A stretch of 63,208 nt of DNA, counting the filler, from Folioceros fuciformis (lineage: Eukaryota): NCBI GenBank assembly GCA_049999805.1. It is 5 parts of 3 records of this genome, joined end to end, with 100 filler letters (N's around TTAATTAATTAA, not from the genome) between each part and the next. Parts side by side here need not be neighbours in the genome. Positions count along the whole stretch, not along the records: positions 21,353 to 38,238 come from JBNGIO010005845.1; positions 38,339 to 54,790 come from JBNGIO010005845.1; 3 more parts are not named here. The stretch is one strand, 5' to 3'. How positions within the stretch are numbered: position 1 is the first letter of the stretch; every line of letters starts with the position of its first letter. Below are positions 24,509 to 39,966 of this stretch, piece by piece. The translations under genes were made by a program, and so were the position numbers. Below the pieces are notes generated by a model. The model had not been told where the DNA came from. It made no database searches and was given only the letters and a program-made list of their open reading frames with translations.

Positions 24509-25699
24509 CTCTTACACTTTGTATTGACCAATGCTTATTGCATAGTGATACACACTCCTTGTTTTTAGGTACATGATACACAAACGAGAGAGGCAAATCA
24601 CACATGTCCTATGACCATGGTACTCCTTAGCATAGGTCTTCATGAACTTAGAAAAGGCCATGCTCATCACTCCATATGTCTTAATGGCAAGAGAGATGAA
24701 GTTGTAGCCCTATTGCATAGACAAATACATATTTACACCTTCGCCACTGCCCATTCCTATACTGCCTATCATGGAGGGTTAAGGATTAGTTGCTCATTGA
24801 TATAATCTTAAGTGGGGTAAGTGACAACCATATTGCGACTAAAATCAAATCCTCCTTTGCAAAAGTTTTTTTCATTGGTGCTCCTTGTAAGAAAATTAAA
24901 GTTGCCCTCCTTCGCCAATGAGGATATAACAAGACTATAAATTCTAATAAACCTTAGAGTTCAATTATCACTAATAATAAATATTTGTATTTCTTCCTTC
25001 CTCCTACAAATAAGGTTCCTTGACTATAATACAGGTGTATTATTTGATGTGTTAAATAATTTTTTAAAAGTAAATAGATAATTAGATTAATATTTAAATA
25101 TATTTCTTAGCTTTTAATAATGCTATTAAAACTTGAAAAAAAATGCCTTGAACAGGAGAGAATGTTATATGACTGAATATCCATTAAATCATATTTATCA
25201 AATAAGTAGCCCAAAGAGATAAATCATATAAAATCTAATTAAATATTTGGAATAAATTTTGAAAACAATTGTATGCTTAGTTAAGTCAAATAATAATCAC
25301 AAATTGGACTCTAAAAATTTACATGAGACAAGTCGAATAAATAACCTTATATATGATTTATAACTATTTATAATATGTTACTCCTAAAAATATAAATATA
25401 AATATGTAAAACTTTAAATGAAATATTTAAATATCCATGTTAGGTGACTCTCCAAGGTATTATAATCACATACATGAATAGAAGTCAAATAAAACTCAAA
25501 GTTTGACTCATAAATTTTACTTAGTTAATTAAATTTATTTATAAAGATTATTGAACTGCAACTCGGATCGACTATGAAAAGAAAACCCGTTTGGCTCGGT
25601 AGTTTGTAGGAAGAGGATGGTGAATTTCTCTGTCGTCGCATCATCCAAGCCTGGTGTTGACCCACGCTCTGTATCCTCTGAAAGAAACCACGCCGATGA

Positions 25700-27345
25700 A
25701 TGACTGCCGAGAAGAACTGTCGTGGCCAGATTATTTCCCAGGTCTCACGCAATGGTCGGAGAACAGTCAGGATGGTGAGCTCCCGCCATGCTGACTTCAG
25801 GCAGAAGAATGTCAAGGAGTGTCTTTGGCTGGACTGCCTCAATCACGTATGGGTGGGTGAGTTCTCAGCTAACCGGGTGGGATGCCAAGATGAAAGACCC
25901 CGCTGGGTCCTCAGATTTACACAGCACTGTGGCCCTGCGGATGAAGGGCATTGGATGATAAAACAATGCTGTGATGAAGGAGAGCCGAGAGAGGCCGTGG
26001 AAGCGTTGGAGGTCCTTGTGCAGGGAGAATTTCAGGTTAGCGACACACTCTTCTATCTTGTGCTGACAATGTTTATGGCAAAAGCTGATCTGACGCTCGG
26101 CAGTTGAGTTCATGGTCTTGTTCTCCAAGGTGGGCTCGAATCAAATGCACTTTTTGCTAACTAAGTCATTGTCATGTATGCCTCGCATGGGAAATTGGAG
26201 GAAGCAGTTCAGGCATTTCGCAAAGAGAGTGTACCGAATACGTACATGCGGTCTTTCATCACATTGTCACATGTGCGTCATGGGCGACCCATGAAGGCCA
26301 TCAACTTTTGCCGAGAAATGCGAGAAACAAGTGTGAAGCCGGACAAGCATAGATTTGTGGCAGTCCTCAGGGCCTGTGCCAGTAAAGAGGGGCTGGGGTT
26401 TGGCTTTGGCAAAGCTGGTTCATGCTGGTATTCCTGTGAATGCTCTCAAAGTTAACATCTATGTTGGCAACAGCCTGGTGAGCATGTACGCCAAGTGCAG
26501 CAGCTTGGAGGATGCTCGCAAAGTGTTTGACCGCTGCCCTCCAGAGATGTGGTGACCTAGACTGCCTTGATTGCTGGATACAGACAGCAGGGAGCTCGGG
26601 CGACAGGGCCTGTCTCGGTATGGTAGGATGCAGTAGCAGGGCATCACTCCTGCTGATCATCCTACGTTAGCTTGCCTCCTCCGAGCATGTGCCAGTTTCG
26701 GAGCACTGCAAGAGAGGAAGCTGCTCCATGCGCAGGTTCGTGAACAAGGATTTGAGACCATTTACGTAGTTGTCGCTAACTGCTTGGTGGATATGTACGC
26801 CAACTACGGGAGCCTTGAAGCTACTCGCAGAGTCTTTCATGTGTTGCCCTAATGGGATGTTGGTTCATCGAGTTCTTCCCAATGGCTTTGCTGAACACGG
26901 AAATGGCCATGGTTCTGAAGAGATTCTTCAGCATGGAGTGGAGCCTAATGGGACTACGTTTCTTCCCCTTCTAGAGCCATGCAGTCACGCGAAGTCTGCA
27001 ACCTGACTGCATGAGAAAAGAGGTCTGATATAGCGTCCAAGCTGGAGAGCCTGAATGAGGAGGACGGATGGCATTTGCCGCAAACAGAACTGGTGCTGAG
27101 ACAGTACCTTAGAAGGAAGAAGATGCACTGTGTGGCCACGCAGAGAAATTGGGTTTGGCATATGGCCTGCTCAACACTCCAGGCGGCAAACATTTACTGG
27201 TGACCAAGAATCTCGGCATGTGCAACGACTTCCACAGCAGCACCAAGATTTTGTCACGCATTGAAAGGTGAGAAATTGTAGTGAAATTGTAGTATGCTAA
27301 TAGAGTTCACCGGTTGCAGGGCCTGTCCTGCTCATGCCAGATGAC
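25700..27345 (+). pseudogene. PDF-PLS-PPR-DYW:KP pseudogene
   Basis: SRHADFRQKNVKECLWLD (PDF remnant), MYASHGKLEEA, YAKCSSLEDARKVFD, then CGHAEKLGLAYGLLNTP..VTKNLGMCNDFH; many stops and frameshifts, E domains deleted. Confidence 0.9.
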
Positions 27346-29066
27346 ATACACTCTGGAGGAAGACTCCGACTGCAGTGGATTAAAGGAATGTTCAACAGAA
27401 CCGGCTATGACTACCAGGACCCTCATGACATGACAACGACAGGTGGGTCATCCGAGAGCTCGACCGCCAGGCAGACTTGATTGACTCCAGCCAGTATGCC
27501 ACTCCGAGACGCCAGTATGTCTATAGGTGGCGCGCCAGGTACAGTAGTTCCAAGAGCGACGACTTCTAGGGTTGCAGTCCCCTTTGGTCCAGACGGTGCT
27601 AGCTAAGAGGGTTGGGACAGGGTTGTCACGGGTGGATAGGTTTTCCATCCCTTTCAGAATTAAAGCCTCCATACCAACCCTTACATGAAGGAAAGGGAAG
27701 AAGAGGGCATTTGCTAATCTTGGTGCGTAACCGGCGCAGGGAGTGAAGGTTCTAGAGTATGCTCCACTCAACCCATATTCCTGAGAAAGATTAGCATTGA
27801 ACTTAGCACCCTTGGAAGTATGGATTGAGGAACTATCCCAAAGCAGAGCTTGGGGAATGCACACACCACGCCAAATCCACTGTGACAAAACACGTCAATT
27901 GACGCAAATCATGTGTCTACAGGCGTCAGGTAGTGAATCGTCTGCTGGACCCTCGAGGCCTCCCAAGAATGTGGAACCTGATAGTCCAGACCGTCTTGCA
28001 CGAATCTGTCTTGTTTTTTATATGAGATATACTCGACACGAAGTTCCAGGTAAAAAGGTGCCCATCATGGATTCCAAGGAACGTTTTCTCCTCGTGTAGA
28101 TGCTTCGCTTTGCCTCTGCAGCCTGTGCAGGTCGTGGAGGGCAAGCATGTTGCGAATATAGGACGTCTTGTCATTTCCCTTTTGGGCTGCACATGAATGT
28201 ATTGTTCTCGGTGGACTTGAATGCCCCTGCCTCGTTGTAGCCCACTTTAAACAACTAAGGAGGTGGCGAAGTCTGACTCCGTTCCTCACCGGCACCTCTT
28301 TTCTTGCGGTCATAAGTTCACAGCGTGCATGCTGCATGCGCAGCACAGACTACAATGCAGGCCAGAGTCGAAGCCAGCCTTTGCTGAAGTGGGAGTTTCT
28401 AAGTCTCGCAAGTCAACCGGACACTTCCAGGCCGGCAAACTGGGCAAACGCAAAGCGACCCCATCACGTACACGTCACAATTCATCTTGTTAAGAAATTC
28501 CAGTATCTGCTGAATCTATTCCCCGCTGTGGGCCGTGCACAAGATGTGGGATGAAAGGCGACAGGCAGTCATGATGCGTCCTGACGACAAAACTTTGTCA
28601 GATCCTGTGTTGGTTTTTCTTCGTTTTTTTATAGACATAGGGAATACATGATAGTTGTCCGGGGAATGTACATGCTGCCAGCAACATGACGTGATGATGC
28701 GGGAATCCTAAATTGGTATCTATAGTACACGGCACGGCGTGTCACAGCGCAGGCGTTGTCTTCGAGCAAGACCAGCAGCACAGCAAAAACGTCAACTCAC
28801 TAACTTCCACTGCATTTTTCACCTGTGGCCATGTAAATGTGTATCTGTCACGGGTCCTGCTGGCAGCAGGCATGTCAGACAGCATGAGCTGCTCCGTCAG
28901 GATCTCCATCCGTTCTTTCACGAGTTCTAGCAAACCACCAGACAGCTTACTAAAACCCGTAGGAACAGATTCAGTCCTTACCGAGAGGCCCAAATGTCAG
29001 ACGAGATCAGGTTGAATTCTGGCAAGCAGATGCCCACCCAGTTGGCCACGGCAGATGCACAAGAAG

Positions 29067-30371
29067 TCAGAGGCCTTTAGGCTTCTCATCCTTCTGGGTT
29101 TGAGACGGTGACTCAGGAGGAACCTGTCTGTCACTGCTGGTTCGCTCGAGGTTAGAAGAGTGAGAAGCAAACTCTTGAGAATCCTCCAGTACCGTGAGAT
29201 CCTCACCTCCCAAGTCCTCCTTGCTGAACCTCATGGAACCCCCTACCAAACCCGTCGAGCTAGTCCTCCTGAGGCTGGATCCCAAACGACCCACACTCGT
29301 GGAACGCAGCATCCGTGGGCCGGGGCTTCCCTCCGCTGGTAAAGAAGAAACGAGCCCCCTCGGAGACCCACCTGCTGTTGCACCCGCACCTGCCCCTGCC
29401 CCTCCCTTGGGTGATCCAGATGCTGCCGCCTTGGGAGAAAGAGATGATGCTCCTGCCAGAAAGTTCTGCAGCTCGACACCACGCACAGCCTGCCTGAAGG
29501 ATAGAGAATTCCTGGACAGAGTCCGCTTGAGTTCAATTTGACCTGGTCTGACCGTTTCCTGTCCAGGCTTGGCCGCATCCTCAGTTTTCGTTTCCGTGTC
29601 TGGTGCTGCACCCTTAGAGTCCTCCGCTGGCATCCTAAACGACCCACCATCCACCCTCCGCCCGCTCTGCCCTCTAACCGATCCTGCTCTCAAGAACGCC
29701 CTGAGATGCTCCAGATCAATGGCATCCTGGTCGTGAATGGTGACCACCACATCCCCGTTCGCCGGCGCTTCCCCATCCGGCTGCACTTCCGGGGCCGTCC
29801 GGCGCCCCGAACCCGACCTAAACGAGAAGCGCCCAGAACTCCAAAACGTGCCAGTGCCCAGATCAGGGCCCGGCTCGGGCAGGGCCGGAGCCAGACTACA
29901 TCGACAGAGCGGGCAGGTGGTGTGATTCTGGAACCAGGCATCGATACACTCGGGATGGAAACAATGCCCGCACCTGGGCAGCATCCGCAGCCTCTCCTCA
30001 TCCTCAAACTCACACAAGCATACCGCACACTCCGTGGTCACATTAGCTGCCTTGAGCGCCTTCGCCTCGCTGTAACTCACCAAAGGAAACGCCTCGTACA
30101 CAGACTTGTCCAACCCGATGTCCGCCCTCGTCACCGTAGCCAACCGCGCGGGATCCCTCAAATGAGCCAATTGTGCTTCGTACTCGGAAGAAGCGCACCT
30201 CTTCACGTACACGGAGAAAAATCCCATGATGAAGAAAGCAGACACCAACACCACGATAATGATCGCCATGCTAGCATTGAAGTGCGAGTACGGAGTGAAG
30301 GTATTGGGCGGAGGCGGGGAAAGCGGCGGCGGAGTGAAGAGGGAACCCATTACCCCCCCACCCCGATCCAT
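29067..30371 (-). CDS. ATL-family RING-H2 E3 ubiquitin ligase, intronless
   Basis: TM helix MAIIIVVLVSAFFIMGFFSVYV, GLD motif, CAVCLCEF...LPRCGHCFHPECIDAWF..TCPLCR; first ATG at 30371. Confidence 0.95.
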   Translation of the reverse strand: MDRGGGVMGSLFTPPPLSPPPPNTFTPYSHFNASMAIIIVVLVSAFFIMGFFSVYVKRCASSEYEAQLAHLRDPARLATVTRADIGLDKSVYEAFPLVSYSEAKALKAANVTTECAVCLCEFEDEERLRMLPRCGHCFHPECIDAWFQNHTTCPLCRCSLAPALPEPGPDLGTGTFWSSGRFSFRSGSGRRTAPEVQPDGEAPANGDVVVTIHDQDAIDLEHLRAFLRAGSVRGQSGRRVDGGSFRMPAEDSKGAAPDTETKTEDAAKPGQETVRPGQIELKRTLSRNSLSFRQAVRGVELQNFLAGASSLSPKAAASGSPKGGAGAGAGATAGGSPRGLVSSLPAEGSPGPRMLRSTSVGRLGSSLRRTSSTGLVGGSMRFSKEDLGGEDLTVLEDSQEFASHSSNLERTSSDRQVPPESPSQTQKDEKPKGL

Positions 30372-33300
30372 CCCTCCCGAGACAACCCGAAACCGACTCA
30401 GAGCCCCTTCTCCTTCCTTCTCCCACAAACTCCTTCCAAACCCACAGGTCTCCTGCCCAGCGTCCCCAGCTCGGAAAAGCTAAATACGACCAGACTCCTC
30501 CTTCCTCCTCAAACCTGTACAGGATCCGCGCATCACACCCCACCGCTCCTCGATCCTCTTGACAAAACCGTAACGCTCTCCTTCTCCTTCTCCTTCCAGC
30601 AACCTCCGCTCCATGCGCGTACTATACAAACAAGCAAGGCGTAATATACAAGAAGAGCGGACTGGCCACACTTGTGCGTCCTTCTTCCTCCTTGGTTCTT
30701 CTATCGGTGACCCGAGTCCCGCAACCGGGATCGGAAAGAGGATGACGATCGTTCAATCCCGGTGGCCGCGAGGAGGGCGAGGCCCAGCCTTTGAGGAAGA
30801 CCAAACACCTCTGTTTCCGCAAAGGGATGCGCCCCGCCGGAAGGGAAGGGCAGCAGCTGCCGCAGGAACAGCGATCGCTGTTGGACGATAGAATCCCGGA
30901 TCCCGGCCGCAGGGAGGATGTGGCTGCGGTCGCGCGAGGTCAAGGGGCAGTGGCGCAGGAATCCGGCAAGGGCTGACTGCTGGCCTGCAGGCGAGGCGGC
31001 AAGGGAGAGACGCCTCGCCACATGGCCGCGCTGGGTGTGCATGGCCCCGCCCGACAACCATGGCAAGCCAGCTCACGAGGCCCACCCGGGGCTGCCCGGG
31101 CGCCCGGGCCTAGCCTGCCTTCACCACGCACTCTAACTCGTATCCGGTCCGGGCCCCTCTAGCCCGGTTGCAAGCTGGGGCCGACGTGACCTCGAACCCG
31201 GCGCAGCGCCTTCCTTGTGCTTCGACACCACTACCAGGCCACCACCTTCACCGTCGCGCTCATCCTTCGCACGAACCTTCCTCGAAAGCCCCCCCCATCC
31301 CCCCCCCCCCACCTCCCCGTCCTTCCCCCGCCAGTCCGGCCCGACGGCCAACCACACGCGCCCGCGAATGCTGCGACCTCACCGCGTCTCCCTTTCTTTC
31401 TTTCACCAAACACAACCACATACGTAGCTTTGTGATATCTTTTAAATTTGGGTGGTCTTCCACTTGCGCTTCTCAACTGTAGACAGCAAGCAGGGCGGCG
31501 AGCCCAACCACACAATCACATAGCCTACGGTCCTCCCCGTGCCCGTCTCATCCTGAGCATCCGAGATACACAGACTAATCCTAAGCAGGCTGTGCCAAGA
31601 ATCAATCCAACACGTATTTCACCATAACCACAAGTGTTGATTCTTATCAAAGAGTGTGTGGTGATCAGCTCTCCAAGCTTCAAGATCATGAAAGGCACTA
31701 CAAGTCAATCCGGAGATGAAAGATGGATGCTCCTATCCTCTTTTCCACTCCCAAAGCTTGCACAAACTCCGGCAAGACATGGTTTGCAACAAAACCAACG
31801 AGGGAGAAACCCATCCACCCACTTCACACCGGGATACATCCCTCGTAGCAGGACCCAGCCAAGGACGACTGCTTGCACCCCCAACAGATCTCATCAAACT
31901 GCGAATTCAAAATTTGTAAACTTTTATCTCACATGCAACACTGATACGCACACTCACACATCAGGCTCGGGCGTGGAAGTGGGTAGGAACCCGTTGAGGC
32001 GAGCAGAAGCCCCTTGATTGGTACATCACGTTAGCGAGAATTGTGCAACAGCAGCAAAACTGCCGTTGGAGGAAGGGTGACAAAGCATGCGGGCGGGGTA
32101 GGCCGGTTATTGCNNNNNNNNNNNNNNNNNNNNNNNNNNNNNNNNNNNNNNNNNNNNNNNNNNNNNNNNNNNNNNNNNNNNNNNNNNNNNNNNNNNNNNN
32201 NNNNNNNNNNNNNGGTGTAGCCACCACCCAGAGGCCCGCGGGCATGAAGGCTTGAGAGGCCCCGAGGGCCGGACTGCACCCTGCCTAAATTTGTACGACC
32301 GGTCGTCGGTGTTGTCGCACTCCGCGTCTCGATTGGCCTGCGGGATCACCTTCAGTCGTCCTTTCGATTCACGCCCAGCCGTCCAGGCGATCGCAATTCA
32401 TGTATCCAGCACGCCACCTGTGACTTGTACTGTACCTCGCTTGTGCTAAAAATAGGATCTGATCGCCGGCGTTTATCGACTCAAACCTACCGAACTGGAT
32501 GCAGATCTCACCGGGACAGAAGTGGACTGAACGAAGATATCACCTGGAATTGGATCGGCGTCAGGGGCGTGCCTACTTGTGTGCGTGACACGCTTTGCTT
32601 TGCTTGCGTGTGAGTAGGTTTTTTATGATTATTTTGTGATGATGCGCTGTGCATCCGAGTAATGGGTATATGCGAACTGGTGGAACTGCACGCAAGTGTC
32701 TCGCACTCCGACGTGATATGACAGGGTCCGTCGATCAATTTGGATCACTGTAAGCGAGTGTACACGGCCTTCTTCGTCGCACTTGGTGGCGGGTGTCGTC
32801 AAATGAACAAGATGACGTTGACACCCGGGCATGTGCTTGGTTTTTACGCCTTGATGAAGGGAAAAGGAGGGAAGAGGTCAGTACTGGCTGTATGTGGTGG
32901 TGAAGCCGGTGCAACAGCGAGCAGCGACACTGTTCTGTGATGGCGGCCTGACAGTGTGCAAATCACTGTGCCATTGCCGTTCCGCATGACCGGTTGTCAG
33001 TCCTGTTGCATGCAGTTCTTGCAACTGAAACAGTCCTGGGTTTCCGATGTGACTTGCGTCTGCGAAGCAACCTGCCTTGTCCTGTGACGGTAAGGGAACG
33101 AAAGCGTAGCAAGACTTCTAGTCTGTCGGATTGTTGAAGCTTCCACGGAACAGGGCATGGATTGTTGCCAGCGTGTCAGAAGGGAGCCTCGGATTGCCCG
33201 GTAAACTCCGGGACGCGTGCTCAGACGGATGTCAGGAGCAAGAGCGTGTTTCGCTTTTGACCTAATCCATCGGCATCCTGCCCTAGTGTGCAAGTCGTGC

Positions 33301-33477
33301 TTGTGCATTGGCGGCTTTGGTGTAACACGATACGATTCCACGTTCCGACCATGCTTATGACTTGGCGGGCCTCGTTCCATCCCTGCCGCGCAGCAGAAGT
33401 TATCTCTTTTATCATGGAGCAGCCTTATCTCTTTTATCATGGAGCAGCCTGACCAAAAGTTTCCTAACTGAAATCCG

Positions 33478-33990
33478 GACCGAGACTGCTCACATATCAA
33501 ATTTGCCCGCGGTGGAGCAACAAGCCCAGATAGGGACTGAGACTGCTCACATGTCAAATTTGTCCGCGGTGGAACAACAAGCCCAAATTTGTCCGCGGTG
33601 GAACAAGAAGCCCAGATAGGGACTGAGACTGCTCACATGTCAAATTTGCCCGCGGTGGAGTAACAAGCCCAGATATGGACTAAGACTGCTCCCTGTCAAA
33701 TTTGCCCGCGGTCGAGCAACAAGCCCAGATAGGGACCGAGACTGCTCACATGTCAAATTTGCTCGCGGTAGAGCAACTAGCCCAGATAGGGACCGAGACT
33801 GCTCACATGTCAAATTTGCCCGCGGTAGAGCAACAGGTTTCTATGCAGGCTCTACAGGCTTCTATGCAGGATTTTATACAAGCTTCTATGCAAACTTTGC
33901 AGGATTCTATACAAGCTTCTATGCATAGCTTGCAGGATTCTATACAAGCTTCTATGCATAGCCCGCAGGATTCTATGCAGGATCTCCAGG
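33478..33990 (+). repeat. Coding-phase tandem repeats: ~6 x 57 bp (AVEQQAQIGTETAHMSNLP), then ~4 x 33 bp (QDSIQASMHSL)
   Basis: Units directly visible; unit lengths are multiples of 3. Confidence 0.9.
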
Positions 33991-34356
33991 CTTCCATACG
34001 GCACCTTCAGGAATCTGCAGGCTCTTCAGGCTTTCACATGCAAGGCTTGCCAAATACCTTGGCCAATGTTGAAAAGAACTACGGAGGATTGATCTCGAAT
34101 TCAAATACCTTGGCCAATATTGAAACTACGGAGGATTGAGACGAATTCGAAATCAAGAGCTCTAAATGCTCAACTTAAGAGCCTTTCACCAATTGAGTGG
34201 CCGCTATCTATCCGAGGTCAGGTGATGCCACCAAATCCTCCGAGGAATCTTAGAGTTTTTCGACGGTGTACAGGACGTATCTTGAATGCGTTGCTCATTG
34301 CTTATGGTCTTCACACAGGTGGTCTTTTGCTCCGCCATATTGGAGTAGACGAATAG
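33490..34356 (+). pseudogene. Disrupted repeat/coiled-coil protein with a Mug135/DUF1773-like C-terminal domain
   Basis: SRALNAQL..PIEWPLSIRGQVMPPNPP..LNALLIAYGL..G..LLRHIG; stop codons in the repeat array and a frameshift near 34120. Confidence 0.45.
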
Positions 34357-34446
34357 ACGACCAGAAGAAAATGGTGGTGTGCTAGGAAAAGAAGATGGTG
34401 GCGTGTTAGGGTTTATGGTTTCGGGTGTCATTGTTAGCGTTGTTAA

Positions 34447-34652
<206 letters not shown>

Positions 34653-34988
34653 CAGGGTCTGCGCCTGATGAGGAAAAACTGAGTTAGCGGCAAACAGCCT
34701 GCTTAGCAAAGTTAGAATGCAAGTGAAGTGAGCGAAGGCTTAAGAAGCATCGGGTCTTGGTTGAAGGACGCTACATCCGAAGCTTGCTAGGAGATTCGTG
34801 TCCGTGTGAGAGGGATAGCGATGGATAGCCATTCCGTTGAGAGAAGATCACGACGGATTCATGCACATGGGTTGAATTATGTTGTGGTTGAACTGTACAG
34901 CGAATGGCAAGTCTCTCTGGTTTTGGTTTGGGTGGCCAACATGACACATGGTATGAAGGATGGCAAGAGGAGAGGCAGCAGAGGAGGT

Positions 34989-37516
<2,528 letters not shown>

Positions 37517-38583
37517 TCACCCATTGTGTTTTGCAATTTTCCTCTCGGTCACACACAAAGAGTCCTTCCCGCATTTTACCCGCACAGGTTAACGCCGACG
37601 TAGTAGCAATAGAAGATTACTAGAAGATTTTAAAATAAAAAATATTTCTCGAGAATCAACTGGAGATTGTCAAGGTCCTGGCGCGACATTCACCGAACAA
37701 AAGCAAGCCCAACGTATCAAAAAAAATGTTTATTTAATTTTAGAAAAATAAGATGGAAATCTTATCTACGAAAGATGACCAAGACTTTGGGGACTAGTCG
37801 TAGAATCTAATAGCATCTAAGATATCTAGAAGGAGGAAGACTCTACCTACCGCTAGAGCAGCCTTTGGTACCACCGTCATCATCTTCTATACGGCATTAA
37901 TTAGCCAACAGCCATTGTCTTGCAATAAAAACCCTCTACCGAACGAACAATACAATACACCATAGTGGAAAACCAAGCTCATTTTTTCTTTGGCACAAGT
38001 CTTCAAAACCTTGGAAATTGTCTTGCATATAGACCTATGCGTCTAAATTGCAAGAAAGATAAAGGAGTGTCAAGGATTGTACTTGTGAATCTTTGCCAAT
38101 GGGCTCTTCTTACCACCTAACCTAAGGAGTTGAGGACAACGTGCTCGCATATTAAGATATTTGTAGCATTTTTTATAACCACATCAACAATAGGAACCTT
38201 TTGTTCTCCTTCGATGAAGAAAAGGTCAATTCAAAGAGNNNNNNNNNNNNNNNNNNNNNNNNNNNNNNNNNNNNNNNNNNNNTTAATTAATTAANNNNNN
38301 NNNNNNNNNNNNNNNNNNNNNNNNNNNNNNNNNNNNNNCTTGACTTTTGGCTCTCTATAGATTCTCTGTTTCTCTCTTGTTCTCTATCTCTTTTGAGGTA
38401 GAGAGATGTCATCTCTTTTGAATAAGATACTCCTTTTTATTAAATAACTAATTAATATATTTAAAGGATTTGTTTTATAAATTTTATTTAAAAAATTAGT
38501 CAAATACAATGAGTTAATGAAATTTAAAATTTAAATACTCTATTTTTACAAAAAAAAACTACATAATAATAATTTATCATTAT

Positions 38584-39966
38584 CTATGTACTCTTTTTTC
38601 TTCTAGTACGAAGAGTCATGCTGAAGTTTGGTACACAACGAACTTGTGATGTTGGCTTGTAGGTTGGGTCCTTTTCATCTTCATCACTTGAGATGCTTTG
38701 AGAATCACTGTGTACATTATGGGGTGAATTTCTTATCATCCTTTTCTTATTGGATTTTGATGTAGAACAAACTTGTGAGCTTAGCCTGTAGTTGGGATCC
38801 CTTTCATCTTCACCTCTTGCAATGCTTTCAGAATTATTGTGTTCATCAGGGATTGATCTTTCATTCATCCTTTTCCTTTTCCTTGTGGTACATGGTATCC
38901 TTTCATTGGCATATGTCTCTTGATCCCTGCGAGGACTTAATCTCTTTATCTGATCAAGGAAATAACTTCCTAATTTTTCATCAGATAGAGATTCAAATTG
39001 AAAATTCATATATAGAATGTATTGATCTAGAGGCAAATTACATACTTTGCTAAGACCATCAAAAAGAGGATGTTTTAAAGCTTGCTTTGCAGTTATTCTA
39101 TCGTCGGGGCGAAAAGCAAGTAGTTGTCTAAGCAATGACAAAGCACAGGGATCGACTTTTGAAAATTGAAATTCAAAAGCATTGTTTAGCTGTAAGTTTG
39201 CTGTACCCGGTTCAACTTCATAAAAGCTCTCAATAACTCTGATTTGGTGTTCATTTCCATGATGACCTTCTCCTCTAAATAAAACTCCTCGTTGCAATAT
39301 TTCGGCGAAGATGCATCCTATGCTCCACATATCAATTGCTGATGTATAATTTGCTACATTATCTGTACAAAGCTCTGGTGCACGATAATATTGAGTTACA
39401 AAATTAAGACCTTGTCTTTTGCTTAGTGTGAAATCGTCTGTTGCAATTAATCGAGCTGACCCAAAATCACCTATTTTGAGAACACCTGCAGGATCTATTA
39501 GTATATTTCCTGGCTTCAAGTCTCTATGGATAATATGTGCTTCATGTAAATAGGCCACTGCTTGAAGTATTTGAAGCAACAAATATCTCTGTCTTTCAAA
39601 AGTATACTCTTGAATATACCATAGCTCTCGATATAGATCATGGTTCATCAATTTTGTAACGATGTACACATCATTTACCCTTTTTAAAGGTGGAAAGAAT
39701 ATTTCTTCTAATTCAATGATATTTGGATGTTTTAATAGTTGTAGGAATGTTATCTCGCGTATAATCGGGATGATTAGGGAGCGACACCACTCGTTAAAAT
39801 GTATTTTTTTAATAGCCACATGTTGACCAATTCTTAAATCTATTGCAGCACAGACTTGTCCAAAACTTCCTTTTCCTCTCTCTTGAATCAGACGATACCT
39901 ACACTGCTTATAATCTTTCCAAAAGTTTGAGTGATAGTCTTCTGATAATGTCCCCTGTTGAACCAT
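38584..39966 (-). CDS. Intronless, AT-rich divergent MAP kinase-like protein (group D-like) lacking the canonical TxY
   Basis: GKGSFG, VAIKK, HRDLKPGN, DFG, YRAPEL, DMWSIGCIFAE; basic/acidic tail with an internal duplication. Confidence 0.85.
   Translation of the reverse strand: MVQQGTLSEDYHSNFWKDYKQCRYRLIQERGKGSFGQVCAAIDLRIGQHVAIKKIHFNEWCRSLIIPIIREITFLQLLKHPNIIELEEIFFPPLKRVNDVYIVTKLMNHDLYRELWYIQEYTFERQRYLLLQILQAVAYLHEAHIIHRDLKPGNILIDPAGVLKIGDFGSARLIATDDFTLSKRQGLNFVTQYYRAPELCTDNVANYTSAIDMWSIGCIFAEILQRGVLFRGEGHHGNEHQIRVIESFYEVEPGTANLQLNNAFEFQFSKVDPCALSLLRQLLAFRPDDRITAKQALKHPLFDGLSKVCNLPLDQYILYMNFQFESLSDEKLGSYFLDQIKRLSPRRDQETYANERIPCTTRKRKRMNERSIPDEHNNSESIARGEDERDPNYRLSSQVCSTSKSNKKRMIRNSPHNVHSDSQSISSDEDEKDPTYKPTSQVRCVPNFSMTLRTRRKKST

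Noticed and set aside
29538-30644. 368-aa ORF antisense to the ATL gene, and the many antisense ORFs over PPR genes
   Set aside because: Shadow frames of GC-rich coding sequence with no recognisable motifs
33478-33830. Regularly spaced repeats resembling a CRISPR array
   Set aside because: Contiguous tandem units without unique spacers, no cas genes, eukaryotic context
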